Part shown: positions 37,871 through 50,500 of the stretch, piece by piece
Layout of the letters: each line of letters opens with the position of its first letter
Position numbering within the stretch: position 1 is the stretch's first letter
Assembly (NCBI GenBank): GCA_030704615.1
Contig: CM060732.1
Coordinates: forward strand, 57,660,001-57,724,000
DNA from: Takakia lepidozioides
Taxonomy: Eukaryota; Plantae; Bryophyta
Direction: 5' to 3'
Length of the DNA: 64,000 nucleotides
The notes under the pieces: generated by a model
The model's input: the letters and a program-made list of their open reading frames with translations, nothing else
What the model was told of the DNA's origin: nothing
The model's database searches: none
Position numbers and translations under genes: made by a program

Positions 37871-38225
37871 AAATGCACTCTCCACCATGACCTTGATTTA
37901 GCTAACCATGCCTTGCTGATGTTGTTGTCTTGCACTTGAGCTATTTTGGACATGGCTGGAACATCCACAAGGCGGCTCTGCTCGAGAGAGAAATCCGCTT
38001 GAATGCAGGGGCAGATTTTGAGATCACAATCGCCACTCAGAACGTTGTTTTTGCACCGGCATGGCATGTCAGATTGCATACAGCCCCAAACTCATTACGG
38101 TTTAGAGGACTTTCTGGGACTAGACACTTATACGGGATCTGTGGGGTACCCTTAATTTTTGCACAGACTGAGACCAACAGGAGCCTTAGGGGTGACCGCA
38201 ACGCACTTAGTGGGGGGGGGGGGGG

Positions 38226-39098
38226 TGACACAGCACGTCACAGCCCAACACAGCCAGACACAGTCCACAGACACAGTCCGACACAGCCAGACACAGTCAA
38301 CACAAGCTCGTCACAGCCGACACAGCCCATCACAGCCAACACAGCCCGTCACAGCCCGTCACAAATTCACACAGCCAGTCACAGCTTGACACAGCTGTCA
38401 CGACCATAGGGAACGGATAGCCGGACAGGGAACGACTATGGGGGAACAACACCTGCGAATGGAACATGTTAGTTCACGGACGACGGTTAGTGAGGGAAAC
38501 GGTTAGAACAACGGGTAGGAAGATAAAGCTAGAAGCAAGGACTGAAAGGGGGATCATTTTTGGAGCACTTCGGGGGGGGGGGGATCACTGCTGGAAGGAG
38601 TGGGAATGAGCACTTCTTGGAGAGAATTCGGACATCACTGGGGGAAAGGAGGAGAAAGTGTATCTCTGAGCAGAAAGATGGAGAGCAGAGAGTAGGAGGA
38701 GGATCTGTTGATGCTTAATGAATGCAGGCAGTAGAATTGTAATGTAGAGCAGATTAGAGACTCCATGGCTTCAGCCTGATACTGATAGATATTAATCTGA
38801 TACACACCTCATACTCACACTGTGTAGAGAGATCTGAGTGAAGCTGTGGAATGAATTGATGAGTTGATGGAATCCGATAAATTGATGAAGCAAACTGATA
38901 CTTAATTACTTGTAGTAAGGTAACTAGCTAACATGAATGCGGGAAGGAAAACAAATAGGAAACACCCCCATGATACACTAGCTGTAGGTCATGACTGATT
39001 GTTCTGAGCGGGCTGAGTACTTAGAGATTTCCAACTCTTCTATCTTGGAGTTTCCGCCTCGGATAACGAAGGGATGGGTGAGTAAAAGCCGCGCGACA
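38226..39098 (+). mobile_element. LTR (TG...CA), preceded by a G-run PPT and followed by a PBS-like TGGCGACC
   Basis: Positions 38676-39098 are repeated at 40600-41026, both ending GCGCGACA. CACAGCC micro-repeats occur at 38230-38400. Confidence 0.8.
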
Positions 39099-39639
39099 TT
39101 TGGCGACCATACTGGGATCTGGGTCATGAACAACCAGATGTGACAGGCATCTGGTGGGATCATGGTGGATGGAGAATTAAAGAATTTGATGTGAATCAAA
39201 TTCCTTGTGAAACTGAGAAGGAAATATTGTCCAAACGATTCTTCCAGAGGTTTTTGGAATTGCCAGACGGTTGTAAAGAAAACATTCTTAAGAGAGTGCA
39301 TGATGCTGACCCAGAGTGGGGTCTGGAGAAAGGAGGGAGTGATAAAATTTATTCAGGTAGCTTGTAGAGGAAGAGCACGTTGGTTACCAACATTGGTTTA
39401 TGTGATAGCATTGCTATCCATTAAGCAAGTAGAGTTTGAAGGCTGGGAGGAAAGAAAGGTGAATGTTTATACTCATATGCATGAAGAGCTTGTACTGGTA
39501 AAGAATTGGATTCCAAAGGATATTTTGTGGATCAAACTCACACCAAGAACAGCTTTCCAGACTTGTTCGTCATATGGTTATATGGTAACGGAGACTTCAA
39601 GTATAGCCAAGGGTGCATTGAAGCTTGAAAGAAACCCAG

Positions 39640-40099
39640 GCATATCGGAAGGTGCGACTCGGACGGAAATGCGGTGCCGCATTTATGTTCCCGTTGCTCA
39701 CGATTTTCAGTCAGAACGGAAATGCGTTACCGCATTTCCGTTCTATAGAGTATTAACGTCTGACGTTGGCGAAAATGCTGTGCCCATTTTCGTTCCACAG
39801 CTCCATGCCTCACATACAAAAAATGGAAATCTGGCGTCGCATTTCCGTTTTTGGAATGTCGGAAGGTGCGACTCCGACGGAAATGCGGTACCGCATTTCA
39901 GTTCCGATGTTTCACGATTTTTCATCAGAACGGAAATGCGGTGCCGCATTTCAGTTCCGATGGTTCACGATTTTCAGTCAGAACGGAAATGCGGTACCGC
40001 ATTTCCGTTCTGGATAGTATGAATGTCTCAAGCGGTCGGAATCACACTCGGCTCCATGCATCAGATACAAAATGGAAATGCGGCGCCGCATTTCCGTTC
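39640..40099. repeat. Palindrome array GGAAATGCGG(C/T)(G/A)CCGCATTTC inside the LTR element, running into an assembly gap
   Basis: Copies near 39665, 39718, 39879, 39932, 39985 and 40074. Confidence 0.9.
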
Positions 40100-40599
40100 N
40101 NNNNNNNNNNNNNNNNNNNNNNNNNNNNNNNNNNNNNNNNNNNNNNNNNNNNNNNNNNNNNNNNNNNNNNNNNNNNNNNNNNNNNNNNNNNNNNNNNNNN
40201 NNNNNNNNNNNNNNNNNNNNNNNNNNNNNNNNNNNNNNNNNNNNNNNNNNNNNNNNNNNNNNNNNNNNNNNNNNNNNNNNNNNNNNNNNNNNNNNNNNNN
40301 NNNNNNNNNNNNNNNNNNNNNNNNNNNNNNNNNNNNNNNNNNNNNNNNNNNNNNNNNNNNNNNNNNNNNNNNNNNNNNNNNNNNNNNNNNNNNNNNNNNN
40401 NNNNNNNNNNNNNNNNNNNNNNNNNNNNNNNNNNNNNNNNNNNNNNNNNNNNNNNNNNNNNNNNNNNNNNNNNNNNNNNNNNNNNNNNNNNNNNNNNNNN
40501 NNNNNNNNNNNNNNNNNNNNNNNNNNNNNNNNNNNNNNNNNNNNNNNNNNNNNNNNNNNNNNNNNNNNNNNNNNNNNNNNNNNNNNNNNNNNNNNNNNN
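40100..40599. other. Assembly gap (500 N)
   Basis: Run of N. Confidence 1.
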
Positions 40600-41026
40600 A
40601 AAGATGGAGAGCACGGTGAAGGAGGAAAGAGGATTAGTAGATGCTTGTTGTATGCAAAGCGATAGTGATATAGTAGAGCAGATTAGAGACACAATGGCTT
40701 CGGCCTGATACCTGATAAATCATAATCTGATACTTATACGATACAATCACACTGTGTAGAGAGATCTGAGTGAAGCTGTGGAATGAATGGATGAGTTGAT
40801 GGAATCCAATAGATTGATGAAGGAAACTGATACTTAATTATCAATGGTAAGGTAGCTAACATGAATGCCAAAAGGGAAACAAATAGGAAACACCCCCATG
40901 ATACACTAGCTGTAGGTCATGACTGATTGTTCTGCGCGGGCTGAGTACTTAGAGATTTCCAACTCTTCTATCTTGGAGTTTCCGCCTCGGATAGCGAAGG
41001 GATGGGTGAGTAAAACCCGCGCGACA
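40600..41026 (+). mobile_element. Second copy of the 38226-39098 LTR (3' portion), inserted into the RNase H region of another Gypsy element
   Basis: High similarity to 38676-39098. RNase H coding sequence begins abruptly after the terminal CA. Confidence 0.8.
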
Positions 41027-43093
41027 ATTGCCTATGCCTCTTGCCATCTTGACAAACATGAGCACAATTACTCCATCACAGACAAGGAAGGCCTTGCCGT
41101 TATCTTTGGAGTCAAATATTTTAGGCAGTATATACGTGGCTGTCATTTTACCATTGAAACTGATCATCTACCTTTAAAGGCCTTACTAACCCCCCGTGAA
41201 CTCACTCACTCAGGTTAGCTAGCTGGGCTCTCATTTTGCAAGGCTACGACTTTGCCATCTCCTACAAGCGTGGGAAGGATAATGTTAATGCTGATGCTTT
41301 GACTCGAGGCGAATCCAAAATCCCTGCCCCTTACACTACCTTAAGTGATCTAGTCTCCCCAGCTGCACACTCTCCCTCACCCACTGTACTTGTTTCTGAC
41401 CCCTATGTCTTGTGTCATTTACTGGATTATCCTTATGTACCACCAGATTTGCTTGACACTTGGGATCTTCTACAATTTGATGTCGGTTGAATCTCCCCTG
41501 GTATTGGCATGAATTTTGGTCTGGCATCCTGCAGATTGGTCTGGTACTTTCCCTTACCTTTGACTTGCTCATCTTGTCTTGCGCCTGCCTTGGTTTGTTT
41601 CCTGACCAAGGGACTGAGTTGTGCCTTACAGCCGCTTGCCTCCTCATAGGCAACCAACTGAAAATGAAGTCAGGATTCCGAAAGGAAGAGAACGGGGGTT
41701 GTCACTTTATTCTCGCCTATACTAACCTGCTGTTGTGTGGCCATGAGTGATGTAGGCATGGATGATCCATTATACGATGCTCTTCTCCATAGGTGCAAAA
41801 CCGACACCCACCTTAATGGCATATCCAAGCTGCTCATGAGGCAAGTCAACTATCACTTACCCAGCCACCGGGAAAGTGAAGGGAGATTGTTTCAGAGTCA
41901 CTGCTTTGGAAGGTACCTCTGCTGTGGAAGTCCCTTCTAGGTCCGTTGTCCCTGCTTTGCTCGAATTATACTATGCTTCTACTTATGCTGGCCACTTGGG
42001 GATTGCTAAAACTGTCAAGAGATTACAAGAGCAGTACCACTAGAAAGGCTTAGTTAAAGATGTCTAAGCTTTCATTGCAAGGTGTGTGCCCTGTCATGCT
42101 AAGACCATCCTACCTAGAACCGAAGCTCCCTTGCCTTTACAGCCTATCCCGATGACAAAACCATTTGCCAGGGTTGGCGGACCCCTTAAATTCACGTCCA
42201 AGGGCCATGCATACCTTGCGGTTGCCACGGACTACCTGACGAAATGGGTTGAGCTCCGACCTCTGGTTGCTAAGGATAGTGATGAGGTGGTGCAATTCTT
42301 CTTTGATAAGGTGATTCTTCGTCATGGTTGCCCTCTGGAAATCCTCACGGATCAAGGTACAGAGTTCTGCAACCAACTTATGGAGATTGTCTTGTTTAAT
42401 CTCAACACTAAGCATGCCGTTACTGCTCCCTATAATTCCCAATGCAATGGTTTGACAGAACGATTTAACAAAACTATATGCCAGATGCTGGAGAAGATTG
42501 ACACACTCATTGATGAATGAGATACTGCTGTGCCTATTCTGCTCTTTGCCTACAGGACTTCTATCTATGTCAGTACCAAACTCTCACATTTTGAACTTTT
42601 GTATGGTAGGAAATGTAGAACCCCTTTGCATATCTCCTGGCTGCAGGTCTCGGCTACTGATCCTGAGAATTGGGAAGCCTTCTTGTTTTCCATGGATGCT
42701 AGACGGCGTAATTTGAGGGAAACTGCCAAATCTAACATTGTGTTTGCTCAAGCTGCTCAGGCAAAGAATTACAACCGCCGTGTTGTGTATTCTGAGTCAT
42801 TCAAGGTAGGCCAGTCTGTTTGTGTGAGACTCCAGCCTGGTAAGCAGATTTCCAAGGCCAAACGAAGAATTGATGGCCCTTACCTTATCTCTGATATTCT
42901 TCCTGGCAGGCAGTATGTCTTGCTCCCACAACATGTCTCTACTCCTCACTTAGCTAACTCCATTCATGTTTCACTACTTGTTCCATGCACTCTTACTTTT
43001 GATCTAACTTGTTTGAATGTTAAGAACCATCAAGTGATCTTCACCCCCACAGCTCGGACAGCTCGCACTATGGTAGCCTCTTCTTTAGAGTAG
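41027..43093 (+). pseudogene. Ty3/Gypsy pol: RNase H and integrase, degenerate
   Basis: IAYAS...NYSITDKEGLAVIFGVKYFRQY...ETDHLPL...NVNADALTR (RNase H), GHLGIAKT...CVPC (Zn-binding) and ATDYLTKWVE...LTDQGTEF...NGLTERFNKT (DDE integrase). Confidence 0.92.
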
Positions 43094-43310
43094 TGTTTGA
43101 ATTTCGTGCTAGTTTTCTGCACCATTTGTAGCACTCGGGTTTTTTCCTATGGGATGTTTCGTCCTCCACCCAGCTTGCAAGGTGAGGTTTTCTTCCCTAG
43201 GTTTTTTCATCCCTTGTGTGCCGGGTGTGTAACTTGTCTTGGCTAGGCTTCAGTTCGTTCTCCATGAGCTCGGAGCTCGCAGGAGCTCGCAATTTCTTGT
43301 GGCCCCAACA

Positions 43311-43793
43311 TGTAGAGCTGGGATTCCTTCTCACCTTACTTTTCGACATGGATGAATGGAGGAGGGATGCGCTCCGGATGATTTAAGGGATGGACTAAGC
43401 CAGGATGAAGGCTGGATGGACTTACACCTTGCGCATGAGGATGAGCTGGCAACAGCTAATGGCTTTATTAGGGGCTGTCTTATTCTAACAGCTAGTTTAG
43501 GATCAGATTAGGATGGGACAGGGTGATCTGGCTTCTTTCTATGGCTGTGCTGGAAGGGCATCTGGTGGACCTATGTGTAAGTGCCACACGGCACTAGGAT
43601 TAGATTATGACCTAATACTATTTAAACCTCACTGCCGTGGCAGTGAGGGTGGTGGCTTTTTGGGTCTTACGCGAGCGTACGTTGGGCGTAACGGTGTGCT
43701 TGAGTGGTTGGATGAAAGTGTTTGGACGTCTGCGTCTGTAGTGTCCTCTTAGTAAGATTCCGTCTTATTTGCCAGGCCCATCTACCGACTACA
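43311..43793 (+). mobile_element. Probable 3' LTR of the Gypsy pol element
   Basis: TGTAG...CTACA inverted ends just downstream of the integrase. Confidence 0.6.
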
Positions 43794-46569
43794 TTCCCCA
43801 GATAAGGTCAAGTCCAGTAGAGGAAGGGGAACAAACCCATAGCGTAAGAATCAAACTTCACATGCCACACTAGTCAATATATTAAGCAAGGTAATTTGTT
43901 TTATTTGTTGGTTTTGTATGTACATTGAGATCTCCCAAACTGCAAGGCCTCAGCTCGGATTCTTGATACCGCTGGGAAGCCCTCAATGAGTAGGGATGCA
44001 TTGAGATGGTTTCATAATTTTTGGACCTGCGGCGTGGGAAATATTAAATTTTCAATATTTTTTGTTACTAAAAATTCATAAAAAAATAGCTAATTGGGTT
44101 TTTTGGAATATAAAATGACGATAGAATATGTGTTCAATGGCACAGGTCACACTAGTCAAATACATTAAGCAAGGTAGTTGTCTGTTTTGTTTTGTTTTGT
44201 TTTTGTTTCGGACGTCGTCTAGATCTCCCGAACCACAAGGCCTCTGCCTGGGGTTTTAATACCGCTGGAAAGCCCTCGATGAGTAGGGGTGCATCGGTAT
44301 GGTTTTATAATTTTTGGACTACTAGGGTGTTGGAGATAAATTTTGAGTATTTTATCATTGGAAATTCATGAAAATAGCAAATTTGCCCTTCATTTGTCGT
44401 TTGGTACTCATGGTTATAAATGTATATGCTCAACGACACATGCCACAATAGTCTCCGATATGTAATTTTCCCCCACAATGATAGGGATTTATTAGTCTTC
44501 ATATTGGGCACATTGTTTTCAAATTCGGATGCCATCTGGTGTACCGTCTCGGGGGGTGATTGCAAACTAGAGTGGACCAAAAACGGCAGATCATGAGTAC
44601 ATAAAGAGTACATAAAGGAGGATGTGGCGAATCCTCAACCATCGGATTTGCTTCAGCTGACAATCTTGACCGTCTATTATTGACTATGAAAACCAAGATT
44701 TTCAAATTGAGATAACATCAATTCACAAATGTTTTTTTGAAATTTGATCATAAGCAACTCTGCATTTATGGTGAATGAATGCGTCTAATGAAAAAAGTTT
44801 TGTTATTTCAAAAGAATTTAGTCATAAAGGACTTTATGAAAATAGCTATTTTTGAGGCTCAATATAGTACATAATTTTTTTTTAACTTCATATTTTTGAA
44901 TGATAGTTTTCATTCCAGATTCCTCATTCTCCAAAGCAAGATTGAGAGAGTCCATTTTCTTGACTTTGTTCTAACTCCTATATTAAAAAAATCCATAATG
45001 TCTTTTTTTATGGACTGTGACAATTCCTTATGGACTTTTTAAAAGTCCATATCATCTAGAGATTCTGGTTTTTGATAATGAGATTTAAAAGAATGAAAGT
45101 ATATCTAGATGAGCCTCTATATATTAGTCCATTTTTATTGATGGCATTGTCATGTAGGAGTATGATAATTTACCACTATTCTATGTCTGGAAAAAACAGT
45201 GTTGTGACAGCAAAAAATGGACACTGTAGGCTGCAATACCCTGAAGGCAATAGCCTTTCTGGGTCAAGTGACACCATAAGTCACGCTTGCTTCGGCAACG
45301 CATCCACCTTTTTTCAAATTCGGACAAATTGATGAGCGAGAAAACATGCATAGCCAGCAGCAAGAAAAAACTGCGTTTCTTAAGAAAGGTAAAGTCGCTG
45401 CCGATGGAAATTCTAAGATTTGAGAGCCTCTTACTTTAACCCCTGAATGGACCCTGCAAGCCTTTTTGTGCACTAAACCTCCATAAAGGGCCATATCTGA
45501 CGACCATAAACACTAACTTTATAGAAAGTTATCTAGCTTGGCTCCCTACCACCTCAAAAACTTTCAAAGACATCTACCGTGAATTTAGGGATATTATAAC
45601 AACTTAGTAGATGACAAACAAAAACCCAAAACTGGGCAAATTTTTTGGTTTGTTTCGTTACATTCCTATTTTACAAGGTTGTTTTTAGTACTTCATGGGG
45701 AGCATATTCCTCACTCGATAAACCACATTTCCACAAATTTTCAAAAATTTTACAATTGTTTTTCTTGAAGCTCATTTGTAGTGTCATTTGGGGGGTCACC
45801 GAAAGTGAGTCAAGAATGGGCAGTCCAAAAATACTTGCAATTACTTATCTGAAATCCAATGAGCTGTGAGGGGTTCCCAAGTTGCAGTAAGCAGAACCAG
45901 GCACCGAGATTTTTCCCAACATCGAGGTTAGAAAAAGTAGAAGCACGTTTGCCAAATGCATAGAGTGAAATGCTCAAAGACCTGATCAAGCATTCCGTTA
46001 AACAGAGTGTTGAGCAGGCCTTGAGGTTAAATCCACAAATTTTCAACATTCAATTTGCGGGATAAGATGTAAAACAATTTCACAATGTTTTACACTAAAA
46101 TCCGATGGGTTTGGAGGGGGCTCACATGATCTCCTCTACCTGGAATTCTTCTACAAACCACATGTTGGCCCTCTTGAGAAGGATTTGGTCAACAAAGGTC
46201 AACCTACTCTATGTGTCATCATCGGGCCTACAATAGGTTATCAAGAGATTTGGTCGTGCAGCATTTTCAATAAATTAGTGAATGTGCCTACTATTCATCT
46301 CAAAAACAATTCTATAGCAAATAAATTAGTGAACCACTGCTATTGTTGCAAAGTTTCCTATAATTGTTTTTTTCATGAAGCAAGTTGGTCAGGGATCATT
46401 TGGGTACCGTAAACATTAGTACCCAATATGGTCTCTTGGGAAATTAGGGGTTAAAATGGGTTCGTTTTTGGGATTACATCAAACCCCAAATTTATCAAGT
46501 TATCTTTCTCACGCTTAGTTTCTAACATAGTTGTATTCTATTGTCATTGTTGTTGGTGCATTTGTTCAT

Positions 46570-46864
46570 CTCTTTTATCTGACGGGATCAACAACAACCT
46601 AACATACACAATATGTCGAGTAATAACACAATGTACAACTACTCCTGACATTGCTCAAACTGCTAGATCACAAATAAATGGAGGATATTTGACAAGAACA
46701 GAACAAAGAAAGTGGCAAGCTCAACTAAACACCCACCACACAGTTCGCAAGGCTATTACAATTCTTACATCTAAACCACGAGACCCTAGTGGAGAAACTC
46801 TCATCAAATTGTGGCCCTCAATGCAATACTAGCTTGTTCTGCAACACTTCCAATACCTATGAAT
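46570..46864 (+). mobile_element. Probable 5' part of a LINE interrupted by element A
   Basis: A/C-rich coding-like strand of the same composition as 60571-61850, joined to it through the duplicated 9-mer CCTATGAAT. Confidence 0.55.
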
Positions 46865-47556
46865 GAGGTTTACTATTTCATGAGCGCATGAGCGCATGAG
46901 CCTATGAGCCTATGAGCTCATGAGCGGGCATCCGCGGAATTGGAATTTTCCTGCCTTTATTGACGGTGTTATGTCCTCTTACCTCGATAATAGGGTCTGT
47001 TTCTCCTGGTCCAGGATGCGGAATGAGGAATTTCGGCGCCGTTATTCCCAAGAGCAGTGTGCTAAAATGGTGTTTTGAAGACATCCACCGGGGTATTTCG
47101 GCACCGAAATTACCTCTTAAAATGTGATATAGTGCGGTATTTAAAGGCGCAGAATGGGCTATTTCGGCGCCGAAATACCCAAGTGGAATGTGGTGAAGTG
47201 CCTTGTGCTGAAGGCTTCCATCGCGATATTTTGGTGCAGTAATTCATCCGTGGAATTTTTGAGGCCCATATAACGAAGGCGCAAACTGGGCTATTTCGGC
47301 GCCAAATTTCCCAATAGGAATGTTAGAAACGGCAGGGTTTTCATGGCTTCAAGTTACCGGCTCGATGGTGTGCATAAATTACTTGTAGGGTTCTTCACTG
47401 AAGTTTGCGTCTCTTCTGCTTTTATTATACATTTTGGTTGGCGGAAGAAATGTAGGGAATCGGACAAGCGGTCTGAACACAATGATTTTTCAAATCGTCA
47501 ATATTTTCATTAAGTGTTTCAGAACTGTACAACAAAAGGATCCAAATGAGACTTTG

Positions 47557-50500
47557 CTATGGTGAGGATCCGCTATCACTGTCCGATGCATCCCCGGCCT
47601 CATGCAAGGATGGCTGCCTTCCACCTGCCTCCGAACCTGCACTGCCGCTACCGCTGTTACTCTGAGAAGCCCTCCCCTCAAAAATACCATCCTCACCAGC
47701 CGGAACTGTCCACCAGGGTGCGGAAGTGTCCTCAACATTCCCCTCGCTCTCGGACGCGGATTCTATTATGAACTTCCCTACTCTGCCTTTCACAATTCTA
47801 TGTTTGGCCTCACGCCTCATTATAATTCTCTGCTCATTCCCGTATGTCAATTGCTCTAACCGAGTAGGCCTATCCTCCCTCCTGATGGCTTCTCTGGCAG
47901 CCGTGTCTGCATAGGCTGGTAGAAAAAAGGGCTTCTGGGGACTCGCGAGAAACGATTTTCTGGCAAAGAATGGCCGATGCGATTCTGTCTCCTCCTCTGC
48001 AACAGGGTCCGATTCGGGCAAGTCTCCCAGCTTCTCCTCGTCGGACGACTCTGCAAGGCTGAGTGTACGCACAAACATAGAATGAAGTACATTAGAGAAT
48101 TCAAACAGGGAATCATCGGCAGGTTGCATGGTCCCTACAACCGAAACCAATACACTTACTATGGTGCAACTCACTCGAAGACAGGCATTGGGGGAAGCGG
48201 CTTCGGGCGCCTCTGCATCGAACGAATTTCCCGAACTTCCTCCTCTTCATCTTCCTCCTCTCCTTCCACGTCCTCTTCTGCGTTTTTGGGATCCTCAGTC
48301 GGAGGCAGACGCTGAAGGCCCGCCAAATTGTAATCGTACAAGGCCGTATCCCCCTCAAATGAGAACACAAATCGGTTCGACATCCTTCCCGCCCACATAC
48401 AGGCACCTGCGAATTCATACGACACAACCACAGCCAAACTCAAGAATGAGTCGCTTCCTCGCACAAGCAAACATACAGAAACGGAAATGGTGTCAATTTC
48501 GGTGCCGCATTCAATTAACGTTCTCACCTGTATTTGCAGTGACGTCAAGGACCCTGCCTTCAACATCCGTACACGTTTCCATGAGCGTCTGGATGAATGC
48601 AGGACTCCTGGTCCTGCCATACCTCCATGGCTTGCCCGACAAATCACAAAGAATGTCCTTCTCTCCCACATGGTTGAACAGGACGTTATACTCCAGTGGA
48701 TCAACTGTGGAATCAACAAGTCTTCCTGCTTCACGTAATTTGAATTTCGAATGTTCCTTCACGAAGCAAAATGCCTGAAAGATAAGAGTCTGCAGAGAAG
48801 GAAATGAAAACGTCAGAGGTGGCCTACACGTACAGGGGCAATTTCGGCGTAGAAATTGACATAGCAGAGGAGAACCACAGCATACCTTCTGGCCATCGTT
48901 GAGAAGACCCTGCGTGTTGATGCAAGTCCAAATCTTTTTCAGGATGGGTGCTGCACTTCTCCCCGTCCATACTTTGATATCATTCTCAGTGACTTCTCCA
49001 TCGGCTGCTAGCACAACAACACAGCCAACGTCGTCCAACATGTTAGCTGCGAACCCGAATGTGTGGCTCCAGTATCTTTCGTCGTACTTGTTCCACCAGG
49101 GTACTGAGCCCAGCCCCAGTATCTCCTGCCCATCCGGGATATCCACAAGGATCATGTCGATGGAGGCTTTCACCGCCCTGCCCCCGACTGTGCTCTTTTT
49201 GCCGTGGCTCATCGCCACAAAATACTCCATCATCTTTGTGTAGCCAGGAGTGTCCTCCATATCATTGCCAGTGGCCTTCCTCTTCCCCTTCCCCTAGTGG
49301 GCCTCGATCGCCTTCCTCAATCTCGTTATCTCCAGCCTTCTGGTCAGAGCAGTTAGGAAATTTTCATTAACACACTCCACAATTGTGGGTGTTTTGAGGA
49401 CTTCCCTGCCCGCAATGTGCACCGCACGGTAGGGTCTGCCAGGTGCATCCTCGTATAGTGATCTCTTCGCAGCCGACCCCCCGGAGCGCTGGCCCTTGTG
49501 AATTTTCGGACGAGGTGTGGCCCCCTGGGTGTTTTCCTGCTGGAAATCGTCGTCGAAATCCTCCTCATCTGGCTGACTGTGTTGCTGCTTCTTCTTCTTG
49601 GGTGTGGGGGTCTTCGTCTCTTGCCCCTGTTTGCGCGTTCTTTTCTTCCTGTCCTTGGGCTGCTCAGCTGCCTGCTTCTCCATCTGCTCCTTCGCCAACG
49701 CTGCCGCCTTGGCTGACTTTCTCAGTGCTTTCTGCTTGGCTGCCTCCTCTGCTTTCAGTCTTTCTGCGTCCTCTGGTTGGGGATCCGATTGTGCCTTCAT
49801 AGCCCTGGCATTCGCTTCCTTCTTCAAGTTAACCTCCGAGAGGTCAATGGTCCCACTTGGGAGATCCACATACCAGGGACAGTCTACCAAATGCTCGGCA
49901 TGCCACTCCTTCGCCATTACTTCTGTGTACATCGTTCCACGGCCTCCAGGTGTCCTCCACGCCAGGAAGAATGGTGGAACCCTTTGAATGGCTCCGGACG
50001 GAATGAGTCCAAAGTTTATGTACCTGCAATCACGAGGCAGTTCAACAAAAATCATTCTACCGATGCATCATGCAAGTGGAAGTTGTCAATGCACAAGGTA
50101 TTTCGGCACCGAAATACGTAGTGGACCGTGCCCCAATTACCCAGAACTCACATCTTGCAGAGGTATATTTCGGCGCCGCAATATCCATCGCTGCTTAGCC
50201 AAATCATCTAAACTGCAAATAGGGGGATGCATTGGCAGCAGATTACCTGAACAGGACACGCATTGCCGCTTTGTCGGCACCCTCCTGCTCTTCGATGTAT
50301 ACGCTGCGTCTTGCCTTTGCAATTTCTCTGAAAAAGAGGTTTGCGAAGCGCCCTCGCCAGGACTGCACGTAGTTCTCCATTGTCTCAGGCTTCGTCCAGT
50401 CGATCTGTAACTTGAAAGTGGTGGTGTTGCAGTCCAATTGCTCCTGGGTGTGGGTCAGTACCTGCAGCATGGCAGGTTTCCAAAACATTCATGATTTTGA

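Noticed and set aside
39851-40708. ORFs spanning the N run
   Set aside because: They are artefacts of the assembly gap.
48163-48171. GGTGCAACT matching the 9 bp left of the element B TIR, as a possible TSD
   Set aside because: It lies inside element A with no adjacent TIR and is probably a chance match. The right end of B is not in evidence.
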